Source: a virus (taxonomy: Duplodnaviria; Caudoviricetes). Taken from it: a stretch of 64,000 bases of DNA. The position numbers and the translations under genes are program-made. The notes beneath the pieces are model-generated. The model was not told where the DNA came from and did no database searches. It was given only the letters and a program-made list of their open reading frames with translations. Positions 10,906 to 20,612 of the stretch are shown in pieces. Each line of letters starts with the position of its first letter. Position 1 is the stretch's first letter. The stretch lies in IMG/VR virus record IMGVR_UViG_3300025066_000007. One strand, written 5' to 3'.

Positions 10906-11991
10906 CTAAAAAGAGCCTCTTCTTTTTATTGGAACAGAATTGGGGTCCTGTTCGGCCTCCGGAGCGTCTTCAAACTTAGAAGAAGTAAATCCTGTTGGGC
11001 CCACGGAGTTTCTTTCATCAGAAGCTAGCCTTCCGCTTCCTATGTTATTCCCAGAGTTTATAGGAGGAAAAGACAGCTCTTCGATGCCGTCGCCCTGACC
11101 TTTTGCCTCAGTGGTGCTCATACTTATTTTTGCCTCTCCGTCATGACTAAGTGGATTTCTGTGCCAAGGCATAAAGTTGGTCCTCTTTCCTGTTCTTCTT
11201 GTAACTGTGAATCCAAAATTATAGTCAAATAAGCCAGCTTGTGTAGCCGACTCTGTAGTCGTAAAGCTTGTAAAGTATCCTCGGAAAAATTCTCCCTGAT
11301 AGTATAGATCAATATTTGTAGCAAAGGCTGCAAGCGTAGGGGTACTCTTAAATGCTGCCGGACCTCCAAGCCTAGATCCAATATTGGATCCGAATATTAA
11401 GTCTATGGAGTTAGAAACTCCATTTACAACTTGAGAAAATGCACCTCCCGTTAATAGGTCAGATACATTTGAGAAGCTTCCAAAGGCGTCATCTACCGCA
11501 TTCATTACAGTTTCAGGATCCGTAAACCGTTGGCCGCTATCTCTTTTGTAGGAAATAATATAATCCATATTCTCCTTTCTTTTCAATAAATTATTGGCCG
11601 CATCTTTTGCGTCTTGAGCTGCAGCCTCTGCCATTGCCCTTTGACGCTTCATCAAGACTCTTCTGAACTGTGTTTGCTCATGTCTATAAATAGACCTTAG
11701 AATATTGATGCCCTCTATTCCTGCAGAGCCTGTTGTTCCATTGACCTGAATGGTAGGCAGATCTTCTCCCCAATACTGAACAACGTATCCTCCTTTCGTC
11801 AAGTCTGCTTTAACGAGCTTCTTTTCACTGATGGCAAAAGATTGAGGGTTGATATACATTTGTCTTTTATCCCAAAAAACTTCTCCATTATCGGAAGAAG
11901 AGTAAGGGCTTTGGTCATTTGTAAAAGCTTCCATTTCTAACGGAAGAAAGAATATAATGGTTTGCCTTCCTATTCTATGCTGATCTGGCAT
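10906..11991 (-). CDS. Putative tail tube initiator / baseplate centre protein
   Basis: 361 aa. 'MYINPQSFAISEKK...YVVQYWGEDLPTIQVNGTTG' resembles tube-initiator proteins. It lies immediately after the tape measure gene. Confidence 0.5.
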   Translation of the reverse strand: MPDQHRIGRQTIIFFLPLEMEAFTNDQSPYSSSDNGEVFWDKRQMYINPQSFAISEKKLVKADLTKGGYVVQYWGEDLPTIQVNGTTGSAGIEGINILRSIYRHEQTQFRRVLMKRQRAMAEAAAQDAKDAANNLLKRKENMDYIISYKRDSGQRFTDPETVMNAVDDAFGSFSNVSDLLTGGAFSQVVNGVSNSIDLIFGSNIGSRLGGPAAFKSTPTLAAFATNIDLYYQGEFFRGYFTSFTTTESATQAGLFDYNFGFTVTRRTGKRTNFMPWHRNPLSHDGEAKISMSTTEAKGQGDGIEELSFPPINSGNNIGSGRLASDERNSVGPTGFTSSKFEDAPEAEQDPNSVPIKRRGSF

Positions 11992-12005
11992 TTTACCTCC
12001 CGTTA

Positions 12006-13925
12006 TTACCTTGAGACTTGCTTGCCCAAGCTGGCAGCAACCTCAAGATGGCCCTTCGTTCCCTCTGAAAGAGAAACGTTTATAGACAGATTATCGTTTA
12101 GGCTCTGTGTTATTGCTGCGGCCAATGCTGTAACAAAATCATCTTTATTTACAAAGCCTGCCTCATTAATTGCTGCAGTACTTGCCGCTGCTGCAGCAGC
12201 CTCTGCAGCCATCACTACCATATCTGTATTTTTGCTTAAAGAATCTGCATTTGGATTTTTGCCTCTATCTTTTTCAGGAAGATCTGTATTTTGCGGATGA
12301 GAAGGGCTTTCATCTAAATCCGGCAAGTCGTCGTCAGCTCCAATTCCTGCGGCACCAAGCAGTCTTTTCATCAGCTTTCCATATGCATTCAGCCCCGCCT
12401 CAGCGCTCTCCTTGGCCTTTGCAACTGCCGGATCCAAGACGTTTTCCCTAAGAGCTCGGCCTCCGTCTCTTTGCTTCATAAAAATTGGGCGAGCTATTAT
12501 TGCCAGCAAGTTCGATTGTGCTGCAAGATGCCTATTTGCCTTTTCCCATTCGTCCAGAGTTTTGTCTCTTCCCTCTTTCTCTTGAGTTAGCTGTTTCTCT
12601 AGCGAGCTTTTCGCAGTAAGATCTCCAGCCTTAGTAGCCTCATCTATCTTAGATAAGAGGTCTAACACTCTATTTGCTGAAGCTGCATCGCTTACTCCAA
12701 ACTGATTTTGTAATAATTGTTGCTGAGTATAAAATTGTGTCTGTAACTCCGGGCTCTCAGCAGCCTGCTCTACCGTAACTATCTCTCCCCCAGTAAATGA
12801 AGCCAAAGTATCTCTCATCCCTTTTGCAAGCTGTGTTGCAAGCTCAGATTGATCACCTGTTCTGTCTGCCTTCAGAACCTCTGCCTGCAGGCCAATAGAC
12901 GCGCCCAAGGCCCCGCCTCCAGCGCTACCACTCATCTCCAATCCTCCGCGCTGGAACATTATATAAGCATTTGCATAATTTGTTGTCAGATCAACAAGAG
13001 CGCCTGACAGAGAAGACGTTAGATCTTTTGCGTTTTCTATTCCAAGGCCCATATCCGTCATCACTCTCGCGAACCCCTGCAGAAGAGGGACGCCAAAATC
13101 TGCAGAAATACCAAGCTTTGTGAATCTATCAGCAGCACCGTTTAAGGTGCTAGAAACGCTATCTACGCTTAAGCCGGTCTCTTTCGACACTCCGCTGAAA
13201 AGGCCCATCATATCAATTGCATCTTGAGCCCCTTTTCCCTGTTTGTTTAAAGCGATATTCAAAAGATTGACGCCCTCGGTTGTCGTAAGGCTTGTCGCCT
13301 TCGATAATGCCATAGCCGCCGTTAGCAGATTTGTCTTTCCTATTCCAGTTTCTACAGTTTTATTCAATTGATCCAGGGACATGTTGGAATTGCCAGTTGC
13401 CCGGGCAAAGGTCATCATTTCATCGAAAGTTAAATTAAGGCCTCTAGAAAATTGACTAAACGTTTCTTCCTTAAGTGTATCTGAAAACTCAAAGGCCTGA
13501 TCTATTGTTCCGCCGAATCGTTTGTTTAGAGTAAAGACTTCACTGGCAAATCGTCTGATATCTCTTGATGGAGCATCAAATAAATTAAAAGTAGTCTCAG
13601 CAACATCTTTGGATACGCCTACAAGGCTTTTCATAGAAAACTTTAGGATATTTGCTCCAGAGCCTAGAGTCGCAAAGACATCTTCAAGACCTCTCATGCT
13701 AAGCAGCTTGGCGGAAGCCTCTGCGGTTCCGCCTATTGCACTTGTAACGTTTATTGCAGATTTCGCTAAATCGTCAAAAGCAGTCGTCATACCGCCCACT
13801 TTGCCTTGTGATCTAGAGCCTAAGTTGGATAAGCGACTTATTGCGTCAGCAGCGGCGTTTATACTATCGGTAGCCTTCTTTGCTTTGCCAGAATATTCGT
13901 CTAGCTTTTCGATCGTATCGGACAT
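12006..13925 (-). CDS. Tape measure protein
   Basis: 639 aa, Ala/Gly/Ser/Leu-rich and helical. It occupies the canonical position after tube and chaperone genes. Confidence 0.7.
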   Translation of the reverse strand: MSDTIEKLDEYSGKAKKATDSINAAADAISRLSNLGSRSQGKVGGMTTAFDDLAKSAINVTSAIGGTAEASAKLLSMRGLEDVFATLGSGANILKFSMKSLVGVSKDVAETTFNLFDAPSRDIRRFASEVFTLNKRFGGTIDQAFEFSDTLKEETFSQFSRGLNLTFDEMMTFARATGNSNMSLDQLNKTVETGIGKTNLLTAAMALSKATSLTTTEGVNLLNIALNKQGKGAQDAIDMMGLFSGVSKETGLSVDSVSSTLNGAADRFTKLGISADFGVPLLQGFARVMTDMGLGIENAKDLTSSLSGALVDLTTNYANAYIMFQRGGLEMSGSAGGGALGASIGLQAEVLKADRTGDQSELATQLAKGMRDTLASFTGGEIVTVEQAAESPELQTQFYTQQQLLQNQFGVSDAASANRVLDLLSKIDEATKAGDLTAKSSLEKQLTQEKEGRDKTLDEWEKANRHLAAQSNLLAIIARPIFMKQRDGGRALRENVLDPAVAKAKESAEAGLNAYGKLMKRLLGAAGIGADDDLPDLDESPSHPQNTDLPEKDRGKNPNADSLSKNTDMVVMAAEAAAAAASTAAINEAGFVNKDDFVTALAAAITQSLNDNLSINVSLSEGTKGHLEVAASLGKQVSR

Positions 13926-13928
13926 AAT

Positions 13929-14354
13929 TTAATCTATATTTTCTTTTGCAATATTAAGAAGGCCAGCCAAGTTTTTCGGCAGACGAACATTTCGAGCGTC
14001 TTTAGCTCTTTCATTACCATATAAATTAGTATTTTTATATTTATCCTTGATTGCCTGGACTATATGATCGTCCTTGAATGCTCTATTTAGAATCTGAGCC
14101 TCAAACTCAGCATCGTCCATAAACCTGGGATCTTCGATAGATTCTCTTGAGTCCCGAATCTTCTTAACAGCTTCGGCATTCCAGAACGAAGCAAGATACT
14201 CGGTTATGCTCAAGTCATAATCGTATTGATCTTTTTCATCCTGATAAAACATTTGAGCGTACCAAGACCACTGATCTCCTGTTATATCAAGAAATCTCGG
14301 ATCATCAGAGCTGCAGTTCCAAATTTTGCAGAGTTTCCATCGGAGCCTACTCAT
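13929..14354 (-). CDS. Tail assembly chaperone, downstream (GT-like) part
   Basis: 141 aa, in the -1 frame relative to the upstream chaperone ORF. That frame is open back to the A7 slippery run at 14369-14375. Confidence 0.65.
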   Translation of the reverse strand: MSRLRWKLCKIWNCSSDDPRFLDITGDQWSWYAQMFYQDEKDQYDYDLSITEYLASFWNAEAVKKIRDSRESIEDPRFMDDAEFEAQILNRAFKDDHIVQAIKDKYKNTNLYGNERAKDARNVRLPKNLAGLLNIAKENID

Positions 14355-14375
14355 AGGCTCCGATGCTATTTTTTT
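14338..14375 (-). promoter_or_regulatory. Programmed -1 ribosomal frameshift signal: slippery A AAA AAA plus 12-bp hairpin
   Basis: Minus strand reads ATA AAA AAA TAG CATCGGAGCCTA-TGAG-TAGGCTCCGATG. A -1 shift gives ...IKK-IASEPMSRLRW, in frame with 13929..14354. Confidence 0.75.
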
Positions 14376-14854
14376 ATGTCTTCTAACCCGACCTCTTTAT
14401 TCGAGCCTTCAATCAGGCTCTCATGGACTCTGTGGAGTCTTTCTACCAGGGCTATCTGCATATTGAGAACAACAGCCAGCCTTCTCTCTTCCACCGAGAG
14501 ATCCTCATTCTCATTGAGATCCTCAAGAGGTACGCCGTTAATTGTTCGAAGAGAATACGATACAGTTAAAGGCTTAATTTCCAGAAGCCTATCAGTCTCG
14601 CCAGACTTCATAATCGTTTGCATAATCTGCTTTTGCTCGCCTATGCTTAGAGTAGATACCTCGAATACAAAGCCATTAATCTTTTCTTTTTTCGTCAATT
14701 TACCTAAGAAGATCAAGTCCTTAAGCGAAGCAAGACTTATCTTTTCAGAAGAATCTTCTTCTTCATCTGGAAGATTCTGCGCCAACCTCTCCATTTCTTC
14801 GATATTCACGCTATCTGATTCATTGCTCAATACTTTTCCGGGTCTCTTAGGCAT
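14366..14854 (-). CDS. Tail assembly chaperone (G-like)
   Basis: 162 aa acidic protein between the tube and tape measure genes. It ends in a slippery heptamer. Confidence 0.65.
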   Translation of the reverse strand: MPKRPGKVLSNESDSVNIEEMERLAQNLPDEEEDSSEKISLASLKDLIFLGKLTKKEKINGFVFEVSTLSIGEQKQIMQTIMKSGETDRLLEIKPLTVSYSLRTINGVPLEDLNENEDLSVEERRLAVVLNMQIALVERLHRVHESLIEGSNKEVGLEDIKK

Positions 14855-14914
14855 ATTTTAACTCCATTTATAAAGATATTGTACGTTTTTTCTTTAAAAA
14901 CTTTCCCACTAAAA

Positions 14915-14947
14915 CAAAAATGCCGCCCAAAAAGAGCGGCATTTTTG
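14915..14947 (-). terminator. Rho-independent terminator after the tail tube gene
   Basis: Inverted repeat caaaaatgccgc...gcggcatttttg, with a T-run on the minus strand. Confidence 0.75.
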
Positions 14948-14964
14948 CATAGATTTAATTATCT

Positions 14965-15597
14965 TTAGTAAGCGGCAGAAATCAGCCCAGGGAAGTCAAG
15001 AGAGCCTCTGCGCTCGCCAGAGTCGGCTGCGGTCTCAATACTATCAATATTTCTGCCCGGGATCTCTCTGGAGCCTTGTGTGCCTTGGCTTAGGGCGATG
15101 GCCTCACCGGCTCTCGTTGTAGAGATATGCTCGCAGTGTACAGTTGCACTTTCTGTAATAGTATAATCACTAGAAGTATAGCTCTTTCCAAGAGAGGTAA
15201 ACCAGCAGTTGTGGTAAGTCGTTACCACAGCATTATTTCCATCTCCAGTAAACTTATCAATCACAACAATATCAAAAGGCATCCTTTGAGACTGAATATT
15301 TCTAAATCCTCTTGAGAACGCCTCAGGAAGAGATAGCCCATCGAAAACTATCCTCTGAATAGTTAAATTAAACGTAGAAGGTCCCTGAGGAACAATTTCA
15401 ATTAGCCCATCTGTTCCTACTTCTGACATGGACTTGAGAGGCCTTGTTTGGGCCTCTTGGAAGCTCTGAATTGCACCAACAGGCTCATTGTTAACATAAA
15501 CAATGATCTGTGTTGATAGTCCGGCGCGAGTCCGACCGCCTGTTTCTGGCGGCGGGCTTCCGTCGAAAAGAGTTCCTGTGCTAGGGTAATCTGCCAT
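14965..15597 (-). CDS. Tail tube protein
   Basis: 210 aa directly after the sheath gene. It shows a tube-like pattern: 'VGAIQSFQE...EVGTDG...FNLTIQRIVF...TTYHNCWFTSLG...ITESATVHCE'. Confidence 0.75.
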   Translation of the reverse strand: MADYPSTGTLFDGSPPPETGGRTRAGLSTQIIVYVNNEPVGAIQSFQEAQTRPLKSMSEVGTDGLIEIVPQGPSTFNLTIQRIVFDGLSLPEAFSRGFRNIQSQRMPFDIVVIDKFTGDGNNAVVTTYHNCWFTSLGKSYTSSDYTITESATVHCEHISTTRAGEAIALSQGTQGSREIPGRNIDSIETAADSGERRGSLDFPGLISAAY

Positions 15598-15609
15598 TAC
15601 TTTCTCCTA

Positions 15610-18600
15610 TTAAATGACGCCAACTTCGATGTCTATGAAGACATAGTTAATGGGGTAAGCTGGAGCAAATTGCAAAAAGACGTTGATCTGTCTCGGATCT
15701 ACCTTGTCCTGCTCTACTCTAATGTTTTTAAAGCTTGTAACCAAACCTTGGCCGATTAAGCCATTCATAATAGTCCTTACCCTGCCACCCATAAGGATAT
15801 TCGTATCTGCGTTTTGGACTCCACCAATAAAGGGCCTTAGAGAACTACGAAGGGTCCGCTTAACTGAATCTCTGATGAAGATGATAGAAATCTCTTCATC
15901 CTCAATAAAGCCAGATGTGCTGGTAGTCCTTCCTGCCAAGACTCTTCCGCCTCCTGTTATTGGCTGCAGCACTGTTGCGCCGACTCCACCAAGCTGATTC
16001 AGAATTGTTGGGCTATAAACCTTATCTCTTGTGATGCTAAATCCTGATAGAGGCTTGTCTGTAAGCGGAATTGCCACGTTCTGCTTAGCCGATAAGAATC
16101 CGGCTGCCGCAGCTCCCTGGTAGAAACCGTGAAGATTTACATTAGTTCCGTTTACGTTTCTAACAATACTATCGGGGAAGAGGTAAACGGACCTGTTGCT
16201 AGTGTAGTTATCACTTAACTTGAAGTTAACTAGATCCTCTACGTTTCCATCAAGAATCTCTTCCGCGTCATCTCCCTGGATACCTTCGATTATTCCGATA
16301 TCTTCTATCGCAATCTCTCTTGTTCCAATGAGGGCAGCAGGAGTTACTCCTATCTGCGCGCCAATGAAGGCCATTCTTTCTTTGCGGTTTGCAACAGAAC
16401 TCATGTTCTCACAGTGATTTACAGTTGCCCTAAAGATTGAAGAGATCGCCTGATTCGGAAGAGGGACAATTATTTGAGCCTCTGCAGCCTCCATTGCCTC
16501 AAGTGCATCAAACCAATTTGTATCAAAAAAGTCTGCATCATTCTCGTCAATGTAGGAGATCCTGAGCCCATCGCCTTCCTTTATTACTCCGCTGGATACT
16601 AAATCACTGTGTAGGAGAAGGAGCGCATCATCTGCGTTTGAATCTTCCGGATCCTTGATGAAGAATTGAATATCAGAGTAAGAGCCTTGCAGGTCCAGAG
16701 GAGAGCCATTCTCAGCTGATACCAGAACCAGTGAGTCATCAGTTACCGAGTCAATTACCAACTCTACAGAGGGAGTCCCTAGGGCGACTCCGAATAGCTC
16801 CATCGAGATATCTTCTACAGAGGTGTGTACTATACCTGTGTCGGAATCTTCCATGCTAGATATAACGATTACGTGTCCAACGTTATCTCCGTCGAAGTCT
16901 ATCTCTGGAGTTGTAAAGTATTCTGAGCCAGACTCGACATCTAGGCTTCCCTCATCTCCATTTCCGACCACTTCCAGTACAGCATCAACAACAGTATATG
17001 AGAATGCGCTGTCTGAGCTATCGATCCATTGACCTTGCTGAATGTCAGTTGTCAGTTGAGAATTATAAAATGCAGACTTATTTGGGAAGACCTGTGTTTC
17101 TTCTCCATCTCTTATTACGAAAATGTTTACCCTTGTGTCGGGGTCAGGACGACCATTTCTAAGTCCAGTTAAAGGCCTTGGAATAGTGAACCTGAGATCA
17201 TCAACCTCACATGCATCAGCAGATAAGGTTCCGGAATCATAACAAGCGGAGAATCCACCTTCTCCAAGAGAATTCCTTTCCTCAAGAAGAGTTACAGAAG
17301 TTCTGCGCGGAACAGGCGGTTTGCACTGTAGGGCTAAGATTCCAGGCGCTCCATTCTCAAGGGCGATCTGAGTTCCTAGAGACAAAGTATTCTCTACGCT
17401 GGGAAGGCCGTGCTTTCTGAACAGGTCAGATGCTTCAACGAAAAACTCTGGATCATTCAGATCTATAGTCGCTATATATTTAGCCTCAAGAGTATCTCCA
17501 CGCCCAAGAGCACGGGAGCTAATGTCTACAAAAAACTTATCGCCAACCTCAAAGCTTGTTGCGCCCTCTTGGATGCCGAGCAACAGAACTCCGTTGTTCT
17601 CTAGGAGGTGGAATGTTAGACCTTCAGCCGCTAGGCCGGTCACAGAGGCACCTGAAGCTTCTTCTAAGTCTTGGAACCCTACCGTTGCATCGTCAAGGCT
17701 GTGAAGGCGTACACGTCTTGTAGAGGTAACCTTGCTGATTGTAAAGAGGCCTCCATCGAAAGCTCCTCCGTTACAGATCAATACCGTCTTTCCTACATCT
17801 GCGCTTGAGAAGTTACCCTCAGAGGCAGGCGCTCCGGTTAGGCCATTATGTGTAACGGACGGATCATCGATCAATATGTTAGTCGCCCTAATGTCCCAAT
17901 CATATAAGTCTGCTTCGTCCCAAACCGGTGAAGCCGGGCCTAAGCTATCTGTAGTTACGGTAATTGTAGTGTCAGTTCCATCATATGTTATGGTCTCAAT
18001 CTCGTGACCAACATATCCGTCAAGACACAGGAAGTCTCCCGGCAAAGCCTGACCTTGGCTGACCAAGTCAGCACCGGAAACCATGAATGTGTCACTCGTA
18101 GCTAGCGTGTCATCTCCGTCCCTTAGGACGACGCTGCCACGGGGGAAGTCTGTAACGGAAACACTTCCACTCGCAACGACAACTCCGTCATCACATTCGG
18201 ACAGATTTCCTGATACAGCTCCGGCTGTACTTGTAAAATAAGCACTTGAGAATGTAAGGGGATTTCCAAAGCTATCATAAAGCTGACCAGAAGTATCTCC
18301 AGTCGCAGTAAATGTGGCTAGACCGGGAATAGGATCTCCGTTAGAATCCCTTACGACACTTACACATCTTATTGTCCAGCGCTCACTAGGGGCTGAATCA
18401 TCGAGAATATCTAGAGTTAAGAGAGGATCGCAGCTATCATTATCTACTAAAATGCCGGTTCCTACGTTTCCAGAGCCTGCGGAATATCCCTTTCCGTCTT
18501 GATCTCCAATTGAGGCTCCACGCAGCTCGATGCGACCATTGGAAATATCTAGCCTATAATCAAACGGGGAGCTAACTCCTGATGAATCAATGACCTCTTG

Positions 18601-18891
18601 CTTTCCAAAAAGAAGAGTTCCATTTAGCCTAAGCTCTGTTCTGCCACTTATTACGGGAACATTGGATAGCTCAAAAAACCGGCCATCACCAGAGCCTGTC
18701 GGGCTCCAGCTTGACTCTCCATCCGCGCCGCCGCCTGCAGCAGACTGAACAATGGTTTCTTCTCTCAGGCCTTCGCCCAATACGGAAACGACTCTTATTC
18801 CGCCTGGAATAGAGACGCTGCGAGATACAACTCTATCTCTTGCAAATGCTCCAGGCTGTATAAAACCCGAAATTCCTGGTATGTTAGCCAT
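15610..18891 (-). CDS. Contractile tail sheath protein with large insertions
   Basis: 1093 aa. It has the C-terminal sheath signature 'EEISIIFIRDSVKRTLRSSLRPFIG...IRVEQDKVDPRQINVFLQFAPAYPINYVFIDI' and the N-terminal 'FIQPGAFAR'. SD GGAGG lies upstream. Confidence 0.88.
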   Translation of the reverse strand: MANIPGISGFIQPGAFARDRVVSRSVSIPGGIRVVSVLGEGLREETIVQSAAGGGADGESSWSPTGSGDGRFFELSNVPVISGRTELRLNGTLLFGKQEVIDSSGVSSPFDYRLDISNGRIELRGASIGDQDGKGYSAGSGNVGTGILVDNDSCDPLLTLDILDDSAPSERWTIRCVSVVRDSNGDPIPGLATFTATGDTSGQLYDSFGNPLTFSSAYFTSTAGAVSGNLSECDDGVVVASGSVSVTDFPRGSVVLRDGDDTLATSDTFMVSGADLVSQGQALPGDFLCLDGYVGHEIETITYDGTDTTITVTTDSLGPASPVWDEADLYDWDIRATNILIDDPSVTHNGLTGAPASEGNFSSADVGKTVLICNGGAFDGGLFTISKVTSTRRVRLHSLDDATVGFQDLEEASGASVTGLAAEGLTFHLLENNGVLLLGIQEGATSFEVGDKFFVDISSRALGRGDTLEAKYIATIDLNDPEFFVEASDLFRKHGLPSVENTLSLGTQIALENGAPGILALQCKPPVPRRTSVTLLEERNSLGEGGFSACYDSGTLSADACEVDDLRFTIPRPLTGLRNGRPDPDTRVNIFVIRDGEETQVFPNKSAFYNSQLTTDIQQGQWIDSSDSAFSYTVVDAVLEVVGNGDEGSLDVESGSEYFTTPEIDFDGDNVGHVIVISSMEDSDTGIVHTSVEDISMELFGVALGTPSVELVIDSVTDDSLVLVSAENGSPLDLQGSYSDIQFFIKDPEDSNADDALLLLHSDLVSSGVIKEGDGLRISYIDENDADFFDTNWFDALEAMEAAEAQIIVPLPNQAISSIFRATVNHCENMSSVANRKERMAFIGAQIGVTPAALIGTREIAIEDIGIIEGIQGDDAEEILDGNVEDLVNFKLSDNYTSNRSVYLFPDSIVRNVNGTNVNLHGFYQGAAAAGFLSAKQNVAIPLTDKPLSGFSITRDKVYSPTILNQLGGVGATVLQPITGGGRVLAGRTTSTSGFIEDEEISIIFIRDSVKRTLRSSLRPFIGGVQNADTNILMGGRVRTIMNGLIGQGLVTSFKNIRVEQDKVDPRQINVFLQFAPAYPINYVFIDIEVGVI

Positions 18892-18934
18892 CTAAGATCC
18901 TCCGTTTTAGCAATAACTCATCAAATTATTTATT

Positions 18935-18942
18935 ATTAGTAG
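18935..18942 (-). promoter_or_regulatory. Putative late promoter motif CTACTAAT upstream of the sheath gene
   Basis: Exact copy of the recurrent intergenic octamer, about 44 nt upstream of the start codon. Confidence 0.55.
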
Positions 18943-18950
18943 TTTCATTT

Positions 18951-19760
18951 TTAATCTATTTCTGTTAAATCAATTATGTCATCAAATCTTCTTTCGAGGA
19001 GATCTGCCTGTGTTTTTTCGCCTGGAACAGGGTGCCAAGTGGGCTCCATAGTAAAGACTATCTTCTCAACTATATTTTCAATGGGCACTTCCACTCTCCA
19101 CTCCGAGTAAGTGGACAATGATAGTGTTGTACTATACACATAGTCATTAGCATAAGGCTCTGCATTTTCAGCGCCTATTGAAAGCTGATGAATAAATAAG
19201 CCATTTGCCCTTAGCTCATTCCATAGAGAATACTGAAGGGCTAAAGATACAATATCTGTTAGCTCCTGAAGCTCCGCTTGGCTCTCTGAGTAAATTCCAA
19301 CGTCAAATCTGAGATCCCACCTTCCAGCATACACTCTGTGAGTAGGGGTGCTAATCATCCTTCTTGCGCCATAATCTGTTTCGAGTAGATCAGTCCTATA
19401 CTTATAGGTCATATTCTGATTAAAGGATATAGGCTTATATGAGCCTCCGTTCGACTTAATTACAATTGCCGGAAAAAATTTGACCTCATAACGATATGTG
19501 TCACTAATTAAGATCTTTGTAGTGAGGGCGGAATCTATATCTATACCAGTATGGTCTGGGGTAAGAGGGTACCCGTATTCATCTGCTCTATATGTAAAAA
19601 TGCTATCATTCTTAAAGATCTTTCTCAGACCATCTATAAGAAGAGATTTCGGATGAACTACGGCAGACTGCTGAACAACATTATGATCAGAGAAGAAGCT
19701 TGAATATACGATATGATCGCCATTCAAACCTGTTCCTGATAAATTCTGTTCATCTATCAT
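18951..19760 (-). CDS. Putative tail completion/terminator protein
   Basis: 269 aa immediately upstream of the sheath gene. 'FFPAIVIK...WDLRFDVGIYSESQAELQELTDIV' is a tail-terminator-like pattern. Confidence 0.5.
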   Translation of the reverse strand: MIDEQNLSGTGLNGDHIVYSSFFSDHNVVQQSAVVHPKSLLIDGLRKIFKNDSIFTYRADEYGYPLTPDHTGIDIDSALTTKILISDTYRYEVKFFPAIVIKSNGGSYKPISFNQNMTYKYRTDLLETDYGARRMISTPTHRVYAGRWDLRFDVGIYSESQAELQELTDIVSLALQYSLWNELRANGLFIHQLSIGAENAEPYANDYVYSTTLSLSTYSEWRVEVPIENIVEKIVFTMEPTWHPVPGEKTQADLLERRFDDIIDLTEID

Positions 19761-19774
19761 ATAAGAGCCTGCGA

Positions 19775-20116
19775 TTATCTGAAGTTAATCGGAAGATATT
19801 TTAATTCTTTAATTTCAGCTGATTGTTCGCAAAAATGAGCGATTTCTTTAACTAACTTGTCGAGCCTTTCTCTGTCGAGCAGCTCATGTTCCTTTAAGGA
19901 GATCTGCTTTTTAATTGTTAGCTCTACGATAATATCATCGTCATTATCATTATTACTAGATAAATTACCAGAAACCATTTCAACAGAGTTCTTATCTCTT
20001 ACTAGAGAAAGCTCCGAGCGCCCATCCTTTTTCAGAATGCCTGATAGGTTCTGAATCATTTTCCCAAGAATATTGTTTTCTTTAATTTTATTATTTACAA
20101 ATTTAATAACAAGCAC
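19775..20116 (-). CDS. Hypothetical protein
   Basis: 113 aa in the operon with normal spacing. The true start may be downstream. Confidence 0.55.
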   Translation of the reverse strand: MLVIKFVNNKIKENNILGKMIQNLSGILKKDGRSELSLVRDKNSVEMVSGNLSSNNDNDDDIIVELTIKKQISLKEHELLDRERLDKLVKEIAHFCEQSAEIKELKYLPINFR

Positions 20117-20611
20117 TTATTTAACCTCATATTCACGATCCGCACCTTTAAGCTCAATAGTCCTATTTATTGGCTTAAAATTCTTATGTATATATTCTAC
20201 TCCGTATCTCCCCTTAGGCAGCCTTACCTCCCAAAACCCATCTGGATTAGTAAGGTGATCCTTCACGATTTCGTTCTTATCATCATAAATCTTTACGGAT
20301 ACCTCGTTCAAGGGTCGCTTCTCTTTATTGACGATGTATCCGAATACCCGGATATTTCCCAGAAGAAGTTTTTTAACTTTTTGTTGACTAGCAGAATTTT
20401 GAGGGCTATTACTCTTAACAACCGGTGCAACTACACGGGACGATGGTTCCGCTGCTGCAGCTGAGGTCTCAAGTCGCTGGAACTTCGAGAACTTATTGCT
20501 AAGGATCTTTACGTTATCGTCTATGACCTGTAGGCGCTTGTCCATTAGGTCGATCCTGTCAAGGATTTCGTAGATAGCATCGATTGCTGAGATTTCTTTT
20601 TTGTCCGACAT
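20117..20611 (-). CDS. Coiled-coil protein with C-terminal carboxypeptidase-regulatory-like (transthyretin-like) domain
   Basis: C-terminus 'IRVFGYIVNKEKRPLNEVSVKIYD...TNPDGFWEVRLPKGRYGVEYIHKNF'. Confidence 0.6.
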   Translation of the reverse strand: MSDKKEISAIDAIYEILDRIDLMDKRLQVIDDNVKILSNKFSKFQRLETSAAAAEPSSRVVAPVVKSNSPQNSASQQKVKKLLLGNIRVFGYIVNKEKRPLNEVSVKIYDDKNEIVKDHLTNPDGFWEVRLPKGRYGVEYIHKNFKPINRTIELKGADREYEVK

Positions 20612-20612
20612 A

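Noticed and set aside
3361-18891. Bacterial contractile injection system (eCIS/T6SS/tailocin) or prophage in a host chromosome
   Set aside because: The tail genes are contiguous with terminase, portal, protease and capsid genes, and no cellular housekeeping genes, integrase or att context appear in the window.
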